Origin: Sminthopsis crassicaudata | Lineage: Eukaryota | Assembly (NCBI RefSeq): GCF_048593235.1 | Contig: NC_133619.1 | Coordinates: forward strand, 543,643,644-543,707,643 | Direction: 5' to 3' | DNA length: 64,000 bases | Shown: in pieces, positions 24,938 to 37,432 of the stretch | How the letters are laid out: each line of letters begins with the position of its first letter | How positions within the stretch are numbered: position 1 is the stretch's first letter | Notes under the pieces: generated by a model | What the model saw: only the letters and a program-made list of their open reading frames with translations | Told to the model about the DNA's origin: nothing | Database searches by the model: none | Position numbers and translations under genes: made by a program

Positions 24938-25291
24938 GAAACATCTGACACTGAAAGAGCATGACTAATAAGAAGACTGTTAAAGAACTTTAAAAACCAG
25001 CAGGAATCATTGGATTTCCTAACACAAGATGAGACTAATGGACAATGGACTTATGGACATTTATAAATTCTCAATTTATGATTATTTGGTCATGTTATTT
25101 GTTACACACTTCTAGCATGTATTATGTTACTATGTTACTATGTGTTTATGTAATCTATGTAATTATGTGTAATGCCTCCCATATTGATGGATTTATGTTT
25201 CAAGGTTATGACCACCCTATGTTCTAAATCAAAAGAAAGAGGGAGATGTTAGGTTACTGAGTGCTAATGAGATGATGAGATGTTGGGTTCT
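24239..25291 (+). mobile_element. Class II (betaretrovirus-like) ERV fragment: integrase, short spacer, PPT and first 45 bp of the 3' LTR
   Basis: Integrase ORF, polypurine tract AAAAGAAAGAGGGAGA (25231-25246), then TGTTAGG LTR start homologous to the solo LTR at 33273. Confidence 0.92.
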
Positions 25292-25413
25292 AAATCAATT
25301 ACATTGTAAAATCAACACAGTAGAAATTGGAGGAAATTAGTTACAGAGGCATGATCTAGCCATGACATATGTGTGACAAAGGCATGACATAACTGACCAA
25401 AGCATATCACCAT

Positions 25414-25456
25414 CTCTCTCCTCTCCTCTCTCTCTCTCCTCTCTCTCCTCTCCCTC
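25414..25456. repeat. (TC)n/(TCC) low-complexity tract
   Basis: TCTCTCTCCTCTCCTCTCTCTCTCTCCTCTCTCTCCTCTCCC. Confidence 0.85.
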
Positions 25457-25489
25457 AACTCATTTCTAACTAATTAAAAACATTCCTAT

Positions 25490-26270
25490 TTCTCCCCCTA
25501 TTCTTAAAAATCCCTCACTTGACTCTGATACATCCGCTATGATCTTTTTTGCCCTTCATAACTAAACTCTTCAAAAAAGATCATCTCCAAAAGAGGAAAG
25601 CATTCACTTTCTCTCCTCACTCTATTTTTAACCTCTAACAAATTAACTTCCAACCTTATCATTCTACTAAAACTGTTCCCTCCAAAGGGAGCAAAGAATC
25701 AAGTGATCTATTCTCAATCTTCATTCTCCTTGATCTTCTACAATCTTTGAATTGTTGATCACTCTCTTCTCTCTTTTTGGATAATCTCTTTTCTATAAAT
25801 TTTTGTTTCTCCTGCTACCTTTCTGACCACTCATTTTGTCCTTTGATGAATCCTGCAGATCAAACTTTCTAACTATAAGTATCCTTGAGGGCTCTGTTCT
25901 GGACCCTGTTCTCTTCACTCTTTTTATTACTTTACTTTGTGATTTCCCCAATTCTCATGGATTTAATTAGCATCTTTGTGCTGATAATTCTCAAATCTAC
26001 CTATTCTGCCCCAAACTCTCAGTTGACCTCTAGTTTCACATCTCCAACTGTCTCCTCTTATCCCTTTTAACTCTATTGTCTTCCCTCAGTCAATTATTTC
26101 TAATTTGTCCTATGAAGAGCTTGGATTCCATGTACTTTTTGCATATGGTTCCCCTATTAGGATGTAAATTCCTTGAAGTCAAGGACTGTCTTTTGTCTCT
26201 TTTGTATTCCTTAACACTTAGCACAGTGTCTGGCACATATTAGGAGCTTAATAAATATTAATTGGTTGAA
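25490..26270 (+). mobile_element. L2 (RT region to 3' tail, internally deleted)
   Basis: TTCATTCTCCTTGATCTTCT and CCTTGAGGGCTCTGTTCTGGACCCTGTTCTCTTC (PQGSVLGP-like), ending CACTTAGCACAGTGTCTGGCACATATTAGGAGCTTAATAAAT. Confidence 0.85.
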
Positions 26271-26459
26271 AGTGTAACAAAGTCTGGTCAACATATATAT
26301 ATTCATCCATTTTTATAGTTTCAATGGTTAGAACAAATCTTTTTATATACTTGATTTCATAATAAAGGCTCAGTAGTTTTCTGAATATGCATCATATTCA
26401 GTACCGCATCATATCTGAATAAGAACATTTGAAGAAAATCATTATCAAAGCAAAAACTT

Positions 26460-27370
26460 TCTTGTTTGGGATTTTTTCATTTTCTATCTTAGGAATTGTT
26501 CTTTTTTCTAGTTATACATGTACATTAATTTTAAATGCATATTTCTTTATGAATTATGTTGAGAGAAAAAAAGCAAAACAAAAAGGAAAACCAAGAGAGA
26601 GAAAAAAAAGAAAAAAAAGGGGGGGGGAAAAGTAAATATAGCATGTGTTGATTTACATTCATTCTCCATAATTCTCTCTCTGGATGCAGATGATATTTTC
26701 TATCCAAAGTTTATTGGGATTGCCTTGGATCACTGAACTGCTGAGAAGAACCAAATCTTTCATAGTTGAACATAGCACGATCTTGTTATTACTGTGTACA
26801 CTGTATTCTTGATTCTACTTGTTTTGCGCAGCATCAGTTCAAGTAAATCTTTCCGGTCTTTCTAAAATCAGCTTATTCATCATTTTTATAGAGCAATAAC
26901 ATCCATTACTTTCATATACCATAACTCATTCAGCCATTCCCCAATTGATTGGCATCTACACACTTTCCAAGTCTTTGCCACCATCAAAAAAGAGGCACTA
27001 CAAACATTTTTGCATATGTGGGTCCTTTTTCCTCCTTTATGATTTCCTTGGGATACAGACCCATTAGTAACCCTGCTAGATCAATTGGTATGCACAGTTT
27101 TATAGTCCTTTGGGCATGGTTCCAAATTGCTCTCCAGCATGGTTGGATCATTTCACAAGTCCACCACCAATGCATTAGTGTCCCAGTTTTTCCACATCCA
27201 TTCCAAAATTTATCATTATCTTTTCCTTTAATCTTAACCAATCTGAGAAATGTGCGGTGTATCTCAGAGTTGTCTTAATTTTCAATTCTCTAATCAATAG
27301 TGATTTAGAGCATCTTTTCATATGAATATAAATGGCTTTTATTTCATCATCTTAATATTGTCTGTTCATA
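26460..27370 (-). mobile_element. Older L1 3' end
   Basis: Reverse ORF 26984-27241 (CGKTGTLMHWWW...LCIPIDLAGLLMGLYPKEI) matches the ORF2p C-terminus, followed by 3'UTR. Confidence 0.9.
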
Positions 27371-27769
27371 ATGGAAATCCTTTTGTATGGGACCTTTTTC
27401 CATCACACCAGGGAATATCTCAAGTGAATACATATTTGTATTTTACACAGAATTTATAGTGAACAGTATGTCTTGAGAGATAAGTTCTAGTTCAAGCTCA
27501 GTTTCTTCCCAGCTGAGCAATCTGGAATAAATTCAGGTTCATCCTGTGAATATTATTAATTGATGTTTAAAGTACTATATAAATATAAATGTTGAAAGGA
27601 CAAGCCATGTAGCAGGAAATTTTAGTTATCTAATAAAGCATATCTGTTTGTGCTTAATGTATAGAGCATTGCCATAAAGATATTATTTATATAAATGGTA
27701 ACATAAAAATATGAGCTGACTGGATCTACTACATATGTTAAATAATCTCAACTTGGCACTTTCTGAGAA

Positions 27770-28800
27770 AGATACTCATTTTACAATGCTCTCATCAATT
27801 CACTGACCACAACTCACTATACTGGCTATTTGTTCCCTTCCCAAGCTTCCCATGGCACTTTGTGCCCCTCCCCAGCCTCTCTGCTGAAGATCTCATCTCA
27901 TACTCTAATAAACAGAACTCTCTCTTCTTCACTCTTTATCTCACAACACTCATACATCTGCTTCAATTGTCTCCTCCTTTGCCCCTATCTCACATGAAAA
28001 AGTGGCCCTTTTTCTTGTAAGACAAGCTCTCAAAATACTCTTTGTATCTATTCACTACTAGCTCCTTGCTAACTGCAAACAAAAATACTCATACCCCTCT
28101 CCATCTCCCATAAAAACAAAAGCTTTATTTGATCTAAAAATGCAAGCCATCCAGGAATATAACAAGCTTCTAAGAGGAAATTGTTACATTTTCAACATAA
28201 GTATTATACCTTGAACATTACCAAGTGGTACACTTTAGGACTTGATTTAGAGACATCTACTTCTGCTTTCATTCTCCTTTAAAGCCTTTATTTTCTAACT
28301 TCAAACATCACTCAACTGAAGCTTCCTTCTGTCTCCAAAGATACAGTCTCTTAAATATCTGATCTAATGGCCTTTTGGGGACAGAAAGGTAATGAAACAG
28401 ATGGAATGTTAACCATTTCTTGTCTCATGAAGACCTGAGTTCAGATCTGACCTCTAACACTTACTAGCTGTTTGACCCTGAATAAGTCACTTAATCCTGC
28501 TTGCCCTCATTTCCTTATCTGTGAAATGACCAAAAAGGGTCACAAAAAATGGGACATGATGAAAATGACTGAACAACAAATTGCCTCATCCTTCTTGATC
28601 TCTCTGCATCTTCTGACTGCCTCAAATATTCTTTTTACATAGGTTTTCATGACTGTGTTTTCTGATGATTCCCATTCTACTTAGATGTCCACCACTTAGG
28701 TTTTCTTTGCTGGATTTTCATCCATGCTATGTACATTAACCACAAGGATCCCTAAGATTCTGTCCTAGGTCCACTTTTCTTTTTCTTCTCTATCAGGTAT
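27770..28800 (+). mobile_element. L2 fragment with a nested CORE-SINE
   Basis: Pyrimidine-rich L2 body (CCTCTCTGCTGAAGATCTCATCTCATAC...CTCATCCTTCTTGATCTCTCTGCA...CCTAAGATTCTGTCCTAGGTCC). Confidence 0.65.
28385..28580 (+). mobile_element. Mar1-like CORE-SINE with RTE-type tail
   Basis: GAAGACCTGAGTTCAGATCTGACCTCTAACACTTACTAGCTG...GGGTCACAAAAAATGGGACATGATGAAAATGACTGAACAACAA. Confidence 0.75.
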
Positions 28801-30039
28801 CCTTGATCTTAAAATTATGAACTTTAAAATATTTTCATAAGAATGCTACAATATAATTGAAATGGTAACTATAAAATCTAGATCTTTTCTTTCTTGCCTT
28901 CCAATGATGCTACTCTTAGACTAGTGCCCTCAGAGATCATTCTTTTTAGCTTCCATTAATTTTTTCCCAGTTAGATCTGCAATTCTTAAAAATTTAAGAG
29001 ATAGCTTCCCCAGTCCAACTCCCCTTCTCAAGTGAAACTTCAAAGATTATTCCCAACAAGCAAGAGAGTCATTGGTTAATATTTTAAGACAGAAATGTCA
29101 GGAGAGAACTTAAGATCCCAGTTTCACACTGGTGAGCAAGAAAAATCTTAATGTACATTCTAATAGGCTGTAGGGAACTATGTATGGAAATTATTACAGG
29201 TGTTGGAGATAGATAAAGAGGATAATAGTCATAAGCTATGAGTAATAAAGCCCTAATAAATGACCAGCACAGTCATTAGAATCTTAATTAAAGATGTGAA
29301 AAAAGCTGTACTCCTACAAGTGTTGAATTCTCTGAACGAGTTATTACCCCAGCACTTTTTCATTGAGTTGCTGCAGCTTCTCTGAGAGCTGAACAAGATT
29401 TATAATGCCACAGATTGGGTGACATATAATAGTGGAAGCTAAAGATAATAAATAATTATTGGTACCATCTGGACTCTTTGAAAACATCCTTTTAAAGAGT
29501 GTTTTTCAGATTCTGATAAAAATAGCATTGGTGCAAAAGAAAACAAAAATGTTAAATTTAAATTAGATAGGAGCAAAGATACTAATTAAGAATTCACAGG
29601 GGGGAACGTTGAGGCTAATTTAGAAGCAATTGACACAAAATTATTCATAAAAATGGATATTGTTTTATCTAATCTTCTATACTAATATAGTAGAATGTTG
29701 CCTTATTAATCCTCACTTGAAGAAGATGGCATATGCCATCTGATCTGAGTCTCAAAAATGTTCTAACATATATACATATATATGCTTATATTTATATATG
29801 TAGACATACATATATTCATTTTTCAGCAGAAGATTCAGGATACTCATTAAGTTTGTTATAATTCAGCCAATCAACAAATACTAATTAAGCATGTCTTATG
29901 AGTCAAGCACAGAGCTAGGCACTAGAGATACAGAGAAAAACATTAACTCTGAGTATCAAGGAGTTTACTTTCTATAAAGGAAGGTTACATGTGTATATTA
30001 TGGTGTGTATAATATACATACATACATACAATATATGCA

Positions 30040-30262
30040 TGTTACCCCTGTGTCCAATTTTTCATGACCCCATCTTAGCAAAGATACTGGAGTGGTTTGC
30101 CATTTCTTTCTCCAGCCCATTTTATACCAAAGGAACTGAGGCAGAGTTAAATGACCTGCCCAAGGTCCCTAGTAAGAGTCTGAGGCCAAATTTGAAGTCA
30201 GGAAGATGAATCTTTCTGACCGCAAGCCCCAAACACTATCTTCTGTGCCACTTAGTTGCACC
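30040..30262 (-). mobile_element. Mar1-like CORE-SINE with RTE-type tail
   Basis: GCAAAGATACTGGAGTGGTTTGCCATTTCTTTCTCCAG (BovB/RTE-type tail) plus reverse CORE and head. Confidence 0.85.
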
Positions 30263-30919
30263 AATATACATACATACCTACATACATATAAAAACACACA
30301 TATGTGTTTATATATTTTTTTAAAATAACTCTAAGGTTAAAGATGGGTTGGCTCTACTGATAAAAAGATTAGGAAAGGAGGGCAGCAGTGCTGGACCTGA
30401 ACTATAAAGAAAATTGTAGATTGTTAGATGTAGAGGGAAGAAAAAATACATTCCAGGCATGTAAGAAAGCCTAACAAAAGCTTAAAGTCAGAAGGTCACT
30501 CATGCACTTTATGTGAAAAATGGCAAGAAGGATAATTCAACTGTATGCTAAAGAGTTTATAAAGGGAAATAATGTAAATAAGGCTGGAAATGTAGACTGG
30601 ACCCATCTTATAGGAGAGTTTTTATTGTCACAGAAGGATTGTCTGGGATTAAGACTTTTGGTTTATTAGTTCAATTCTTCCCATAATAATGAAAAACAAG
30701 TTAATCACTAGAAGTCAACTAGGCTTAATGAATTTGTAAAGAACTCTTGTTCATTGATTATTGTTAATTATGTCCTTCCCCACCCTCCACTCTGCTGTAT
30801 GCCATGTTGGTTCAGCAAAATTTGCATGAATATGAGTAAGCTTTAACAGATATCAGTTGCAATTAGAAAAAACAAGATAAGAAAATGCACTGTTTCACTT
30901 CAAGCAAAACCCTCCTTGA

Positions 30920-31092
30920 CTTTTTACTTTTTTATTTTTAGTTCTAAATTTTCTTCTTTTTTCTACCTCTCCACTGCTTGTTGAGAAGGCTAGAAATACA
31001 TTAACCATTGTACATATGAAGTCATGCAAAACATTTATATATTAATCAACTCTCCCAAAAAAAGGCAATATATATAATACATATATACATAC

Positions 31093-31129
<37 letters not shown>

Positions 31130-31478
31130 TTTCAATCTAAAATCAGATAATATCAGTTCTTAATATGGAGATGGATAGCATTTTTCTTTATAAATCCTTT
31201 AGCATTGCTATGAATCATTGAACTGCTCAGAGCTACTGAATATTTCACAATTGATTATCTTTAAATATTGTTGTAATTATATAAATTGTTCTCCAGATTA
31301 TGCTTGTTTTGCTTTCCATAAGTTAATACAAGTTTTCCCAGGTTTTTTCTGCATTCATTCTTCATTCTTCAGCATTTATTATAGAACAATAGTATTTCAC
31401 CACAATCATATACTATAACTTGTTCAGCCACTTCCCAATTGATAGGCATCTATTCAGTTTTAATTCTTTGTCATAAAA

Positions 31479-31535
<57 letters not shown>

Positions 31536-32420
31536 TGGGTCATTTTCTTTTTTTTTATTTCTTTGGGTTATAAAACTAGTAGTAATATAGCAGTGTCAAA
31601 ATATAAGTGTAGTTTTATAGTTCTTTGAGCATTGTTTCAATTTTTATCCAAAGTAATGAGACTAATTCATAGCCCCATAGGCAATGTATTAGTATACTTA
31701 TTTTTCTACATCCACTTTAGCATTTTTCATTTTCCTTTCTTGTCATATTAGACAATCTTATAGATGTGAATTGGTAGCTAAGGGTTATTTTAATTTTCAT
31801 CTCTGTCATTATTAGTCATGTAGAACAATTTTATATAATTTTTGTTATTTTTGATTTCCCCTTCTGGAGACTGAATGTTCATTTGCTTTGACCACTTGTC
31901 AATTGAGGAATGGTTCTTATTTTTATAAATGTATTTTATAAAAATGAAATTTTTGTCAGAGAAAATTATTTTTTAAAATTTTTAATTGTCCTACTTTTAA
32001 TTCTTACTGCACTGATGTTTTTGTGCAAAAAAAATTAATTTAATGTACTCAAAATTATCAATTCTACTTCCCATAATTTTCTCTATCTTTAAATGGTCTC
32101 TACTTTTAATTAGTAATAGACTCTCCCTTTCTCTATAGATGATTAAAAATTTTCCCACTCTCCCCTAATTTGATTATGATATCTAAATCATATACTCATT
32201 ATGAACTTATCTTGGTATACAGTGTGTGATGTTTACTTAGTTTCTGCCAAATTGCTTTCCAGTTTTTCCAGCAGTTTTTGTCAACTATTAAGTTTTTGCT
32301 CTAATAACTAGAATTGTTGGATTTATCAAACAATAGTTTACTATGCTTGTTTACTTATGTATAATATGTACTTACTCATCATTCAACAATTTCATTTGTT
32401 ACTTAGTACCATATTGTTTT
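30920..32420 (-). mobile_element. Old L1 3' region with two (TA)n tracts (about 31070-31130 and 31480-31536)
   Basis: Reverse 3'UTR and ORF2 end, e.g. TTGTTCAGCCACTTCCCAATTGATAGGCATCT and TTTGACCACTTGTCAATTGAGGAATGG. Confidence 0.8.
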
Positions 32421-33272
32421 GACAAGTTTTGATAATTATTAAATCCAAAAGATCCAAAAGATATCAGGAAAACTTCAGAAATGGTTTTGTTTGCTATGAT
32501 TAAGGCCTTGGAAATGACCTGTGATGCCTCATTCTACCTTTTTTGAGAGATGTAGAAACTCTAAGTAAAGATTAGCTAAGTAAAGACACTGAATGTCTGA
32601 CATAACTCCACTAATATGGGCAAAAATAATCAATTAATATAAGATGAAGTTTAAAATGAGTTTCTGTTTGATAGGTACAAGATAGTATTTATAATTACAC
32701 ACTGATGCTTAGAAGCATGACAGTGTATGATGAAGAGTTATATAAAATAAAGTAAGAAAGTTGTATAAGAGTATAACATAACTATAGTCCCCCAATACTG
32801 TGAAGTCTGGAGGCTTTGATTAGCATTTCAGTGTCACTTCCAGTACACTGATGTCTTGCCTTGTTTGCTGTCTTGATTATTGTTTCTTTGGGTTGAATTT
32901 ATCCAATTCTTTTCTTCTTATTGTTACTTAGATCTGGACTCTCATTATATTGACACAGATTGTCACTAGGTGGCCACTAAAGCCCTAGAGGAGTTCAAGA
33001 TACTTTGAAGTATCTTTCAAAATAATAATAATAATAATGAAGGCCTGTTCTTGTCATTGCCTTCTCTGTCTGCTAAGTTATATGCCTATTGCTTCTCTCT
33101 TACAAAATCAAGTTTAACACTGACTTCTCCCTTAATTTTTTCCTTGATTAACCCTGCCTTAGGCTCTTTGAAAACATGAAACCACAACATAGATGTGTTC
33201 AATGTCCCTCTTCTCTCCTTTAATATCTTTGTTTATTCTAACAAAATATTCAAAACAAAACAGGCAATCAAT

Positions 33273-33648
33273 TGTTAGGTTCGTACTAAGTGCTAATGAG
33301 ATAATAAGATATTAGGTTCTTACTAAGTGCTAAGTCAGTACTTGACAATTCTCTAGTTCCAGCCTTTCCTGGGGAGGAGCTTGCATGCTTAGGAGGAGCA
33401 AGTTCATTAGTTGAAGTAATTCTTCCCAGAAGCTCTTGCATTATCCCACTCCCATTCTCAGGGAGGATAAAGAAGGCAGCTCTGGAGGAAAAAGGGAGTT
33501 TTCTCTGGGCGAGACTTGAGGCTGCTCTCTGCCAGAGAGGAAAATGGTTCTCTACAGGAAGAAGAATCTGTCCAAGAGATTTGAGTTAACACAGCAGATC
33601 TCCTCCCAGAGAGCGATCAGCAGCTTCTGGAGACAACAGCACGTTACA
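33273..33648 (+). mobile_element. Complete ERV solo LTR, 376 bp, 6-bp TSD
   Basis: TGTTAGG...CGTTACA termini; ATCAAT at 33267-33272 and 33649-33654. A 6-bp TSD is typical of class II integrases. Confidence 0.92.
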
Positions 33649-35029
33649 ATCAATATTATAGACTGATTGTCCAATCATAAGACACTTTAATTTCTTAATC
33701 TATCTTATAATGACATAATACAAAATTTATAGAATAGTATGAGAAATCTTTGGGTTGACAGAAGTGGAAATGGCTCAAATAGGGGGAAAAACAATTCCTA
33801 TCACTTCAAAAAGCACTTATTACACACATACTTTGTGCCAAATTTTGTACTAGGAGTTAAGGATAAAAAAATAAAAATGAGACTCCTTAATCTCAGGGAC
33901 TTTATGTTATTAACATAATTCTACTTCCAGATAACAAGTAGGGAGGGACCTGAAAGAAGAATATAGATAAATGAGTATTAATTTGAGAATGAACTCATAA
34001 AAAGAAATATTAAACAGAACTGTAACAAAATAATGTATGATATCCATGAGTGTTTTCTTTTATGATGTACCTCATAATCCATCTGTGACTGCTCATCCTG
34101 TGTGATTAAGGTTAATAACCTCAATATAAGGTTTTCCCAATTACCCAAAGTTTTGGGAGCCTTCCTTGTGCTCTCTGGACATCATAAAGATACCAGAAGG
34201 ACACATGGACTATCCAATAGTTATAACTCAATAGGAACTATTTAAGGTACAATCAATCCTCAACATTTGCAACTTCAAACTTTGATTTTATTAGTGATTT
34301 CACTTTAGCATTGGCAATGAGGCACATTCGGGGATATGTGCAGTAGAGGGAAAAAAAAGATGCACAATATGCATTTATATCTGCAAAAAGAAGTTCACTT
34401 TCTTAAGTGGATTCAAGAACACTTTGATGAATATTTTCCTCCTTTTTACCCACACAGTCATTTTTCCATTTTTTTGTGGTTGAATGAGATGGTGGTCACC
34501 TCTGTTCCCTAGGAGTCCCTTGCCTGGCTGAGCAGTCCTGCATGGGAGTTCTGAGCACTGACAAAGGCCAGAGACTCCCCCTAAAGCATGTGCTTTTCTT
34601 CAGGGAACAGTTCAACTTCTGAGCCCACAGGGAGGTCAGAGATGTTGCTCCTTTTCCTTTTTTACTTCAGGCTTCTTCTGCCACCTCTATCCTTCCTCTT
34701 CCTGTCAGGTGGTGTCTCTCCTCTCCCTTGCATTTTATGAATTATTTTATGGTTACTTTGTTAGAAAAGATGCAAATTATCAGAATTAATGTTTTGTTAT
34801 AAAGAATTGCAGGTTGAAAAGTATATTTTCAGCAATCTCTAGAGAAAGATGACAATTTTTGGCAGTCACAAGAAACTAACCTCCTATTTCCCATAGGTTC
34901 AAAGTATTAACATTTCTATTTTTTACTTTCCTGTCATTTTACTAGGAACTTTATCCTAGGAAAGTTAAAGACTGGCTATATCTTCTTTCAAGCCTTGTTG
35001 TATTTCAGACATATCATACATGGCCCCAA

Positions 35030-35230
35030 GGACCTGGGCAAAGACATTAGAGTGACTTGCTATTTCACTCTCCATTGTATTTCCATTTTGCAGGCGAGGA
35101 ACTGAGGCAAATAGGGGTTGAGTGACTTGCCCAAGGCCACACAACTAATAATTTTCTGAAATCAGATTTGAATTCAGATCTTCCTGACTCTAGGTGCAGG
35201 GCTCTGTTCTATGCACCAGCTTGCTGTTCC
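35030..35230 (-). mobile_element. CORE-SINE (Mar1/MIR-like)
   Basis: CATTTTGCAGGCGAGGAACTGAGGCAAATAGGGGTTGAGTGACTTGCCCAAGGCCACAC...TTTGAATTCAGATCTTCCTGACTC. Confidence 0.85.
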
Positions 35231-36249
35231 CTTTTGTGTTATTCATTCCCATAATAGGGAGGGCAGCCTGCTGATATGTTTTGCAGTGTTCAGAAGTGAG
35301 GTGTTAATATGGCTTTAAAGGAAATCTTTCTGTCAGGAGATGACTGATCAAAGATGATAAGTCCATCAAATTATTTCTCTGCATCTCTCCATAAGAGCTG
35401 TTGATTCCGTGTGGTTCAGTTGGATCCTAAATCATAATTTGTCCTCAAATTTATTTCAATTACTGTTCTCAGCACTGCCCAAATAATCCTATTTACACAT
35501 CTGATTTATCTACAAGATGAACTTCAGGGAAAAAAAATGAGACCAGATAGAAAGAGTGATTATTTTCAGTTTACCCAGTAAATTGAAAAGACCTCCCTCT
35601 GACTTTGCAGCCGGCCATTTGGCTCCAAGCATGCCCTACTTTTATAACCAGCCAAGTGCTCTCTATCTATCTAGCTACCTTTTCAGTCTATTTATATAGA
35701 ACCCATCAAGTTTATGCTTGGCAATTTTGACAAGCAGACTATTTCAGCACAAAGCATTTCCAAAAAAGAAAGAAGAGAATCTTCTTTGAGCCTATCCTAT
35801 AGTTAGCTTGAGGACTCAGCCTCAGGGAAATGGTCATGGCCTACTCTGAGCATTCTGAGGGCAAAGAGCATACTAGTATCTTGCCTGTGATTGATTAAAC
35901 ACCATCTATCAAAGTTAACTTGTGGCAAAATTATGTATAAAGTGATAAAGTCCCTAGATAGGAATATCATGGCTTCACAGAGACCTCTTAGAATCATGCA
36001 ATTTTTTAATTGAAAGAGACCTTATAAATTATTATCCAGTCCATAACCCTTGTTTTAAGGAAATTAAGGCCTGAAAGACTCATTGAGAGGTAGCAGAACA
36101 ATGATAATGTCTCTAGGCCAATTCTCATTTGGTCATTATTTGGGTTCTCAATGACTCAGAATAAATGTAAATACAAGTTGTTTCTACTTTGGCCAGAAAC
36201 CTTCAGAGTTTTCTCTTCCCAGATTCATTCCTTCCTTAATTTATTTATT

Positions 36250-36555
36250 TATTTAGATTTTTTTGGACTTGGGGAATGATATGATTCTTGCCTCAATTGT
36301 TACCTATCCTTAATCACTGAATAGGTGCAGGCTCAAACTGAGACCTGTTGAAGACTTAGCTTAAAAAAGCCAAGGTCCTCTACTGAATCCAGGACCATCT
36401 CTAGTCATACTGATCCATCTGGCCACTGAACCCAGATGGCTCTGGAGGGGAAAGTGAGGCAGCCCTCCCTCGCTTAAATCGAATTTACTTGCATGTCAGG
36501 GTATCACCTCCCTGATGTCATGATCCCCTGAGAATGAAGGAGAAGAAGAACATCA
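36250..36555 (+). mobile_element. WALLSI-like RTE-associated SINE / RTE 3' end
   Basis: GGCCACTGAACCCAGATGGCTCTGGAGG...CCCTCCCTCGCTTAAATCGAATTTACTTGCATGTCA...TCACCTCCCTGATGTCATG resembles the recalled marsupial RTE-SINE terminus. Confidence 0.7.
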
Positions 36556-36598
36556 GCAGAAGAACAATTTGAATTCAAATTTTCTAACATTATCCTGC

Positions 36599-36649
36599 AT
36601 GTGTATGTGTGTGTGTATGTGTGTGTGTGTGTATGTGTTTGGTTTTTTG

Positions 36650-36682
<33 letters not shown>
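36599..36682. repeat. Compound (TG)n microsatellite
   Basis: Interrupted TG run, then an uninterrupted TG run at about 36652-36682. Confidence 0.95.
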
Positions 36683-36688
<6 letters not shown>

Positions 36689-37432
36689 TCACATCAAAAT
36701 ATTGGCGAGGAACTCTCCTCTAAACCTCAGAAAACACAAAGTGGTGAGTGGTCCTGCTGGTCCAATTCAGCCAAGGCTCTAAAGTCAAAGAATTCCATGA
36801 CTTACTAGGTCTAATAAAGAGAGTTCTCTTTGTTGACTAAGCCAGTCAAAGTAGAGAAAGTTACTGCTCTGATTTTCAAACAGCAAAGTAATACTCTAGT
36901 GATCTTCACTGCACACTGTCTTTCCTCGCATCTTCCATTACAGCCCATCTGTCTGAGACACCACTTTAATTTCGAAATCAATACCATTTAAGATCCTTTG
37001 GCTAAAAATATCAGCAAGGGGCATGACTTTGTTGGCAGGCTTGCACCGTATCAAGTATAATCAGTTTTGTTGGGTTTTTTATTCCTCATAAAATGTTATT
37101 TGCTCTTGGCCAGGGCTATATATCCTTAAATATGTCTCCTAATTTTATGTAAAATACTTAAACCCCATGTTCTGACAAGAAATATATGATATGCCATGCT
37201 TCACTGAGGACCTAATATATTTAATAAATAATATGCTTGCCTTTAGCCATATTCCCATGAGAAAATGTTGTAACAACAGGATCGTTTCTCTAACCTCTAC
37301 TCCCAGACAGAGTCAGTATTCCCTCAGCATTTATCAGCTTTCATCTTTCCCATTACTGGATATTAATGCTAGGAATCATGAAATCAGGATAAATCAAAAA
37401 AATCAAATGGATTACAAAGCAGAATTGTTATT

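Noticed and set aside
9368-27278. ORFs such as 9368-9646, 9796-10050, 12141-12410, 14317-14544 and 26984-27241 as genes
   Set aside because: They are broken L1 ORF2p fragments.
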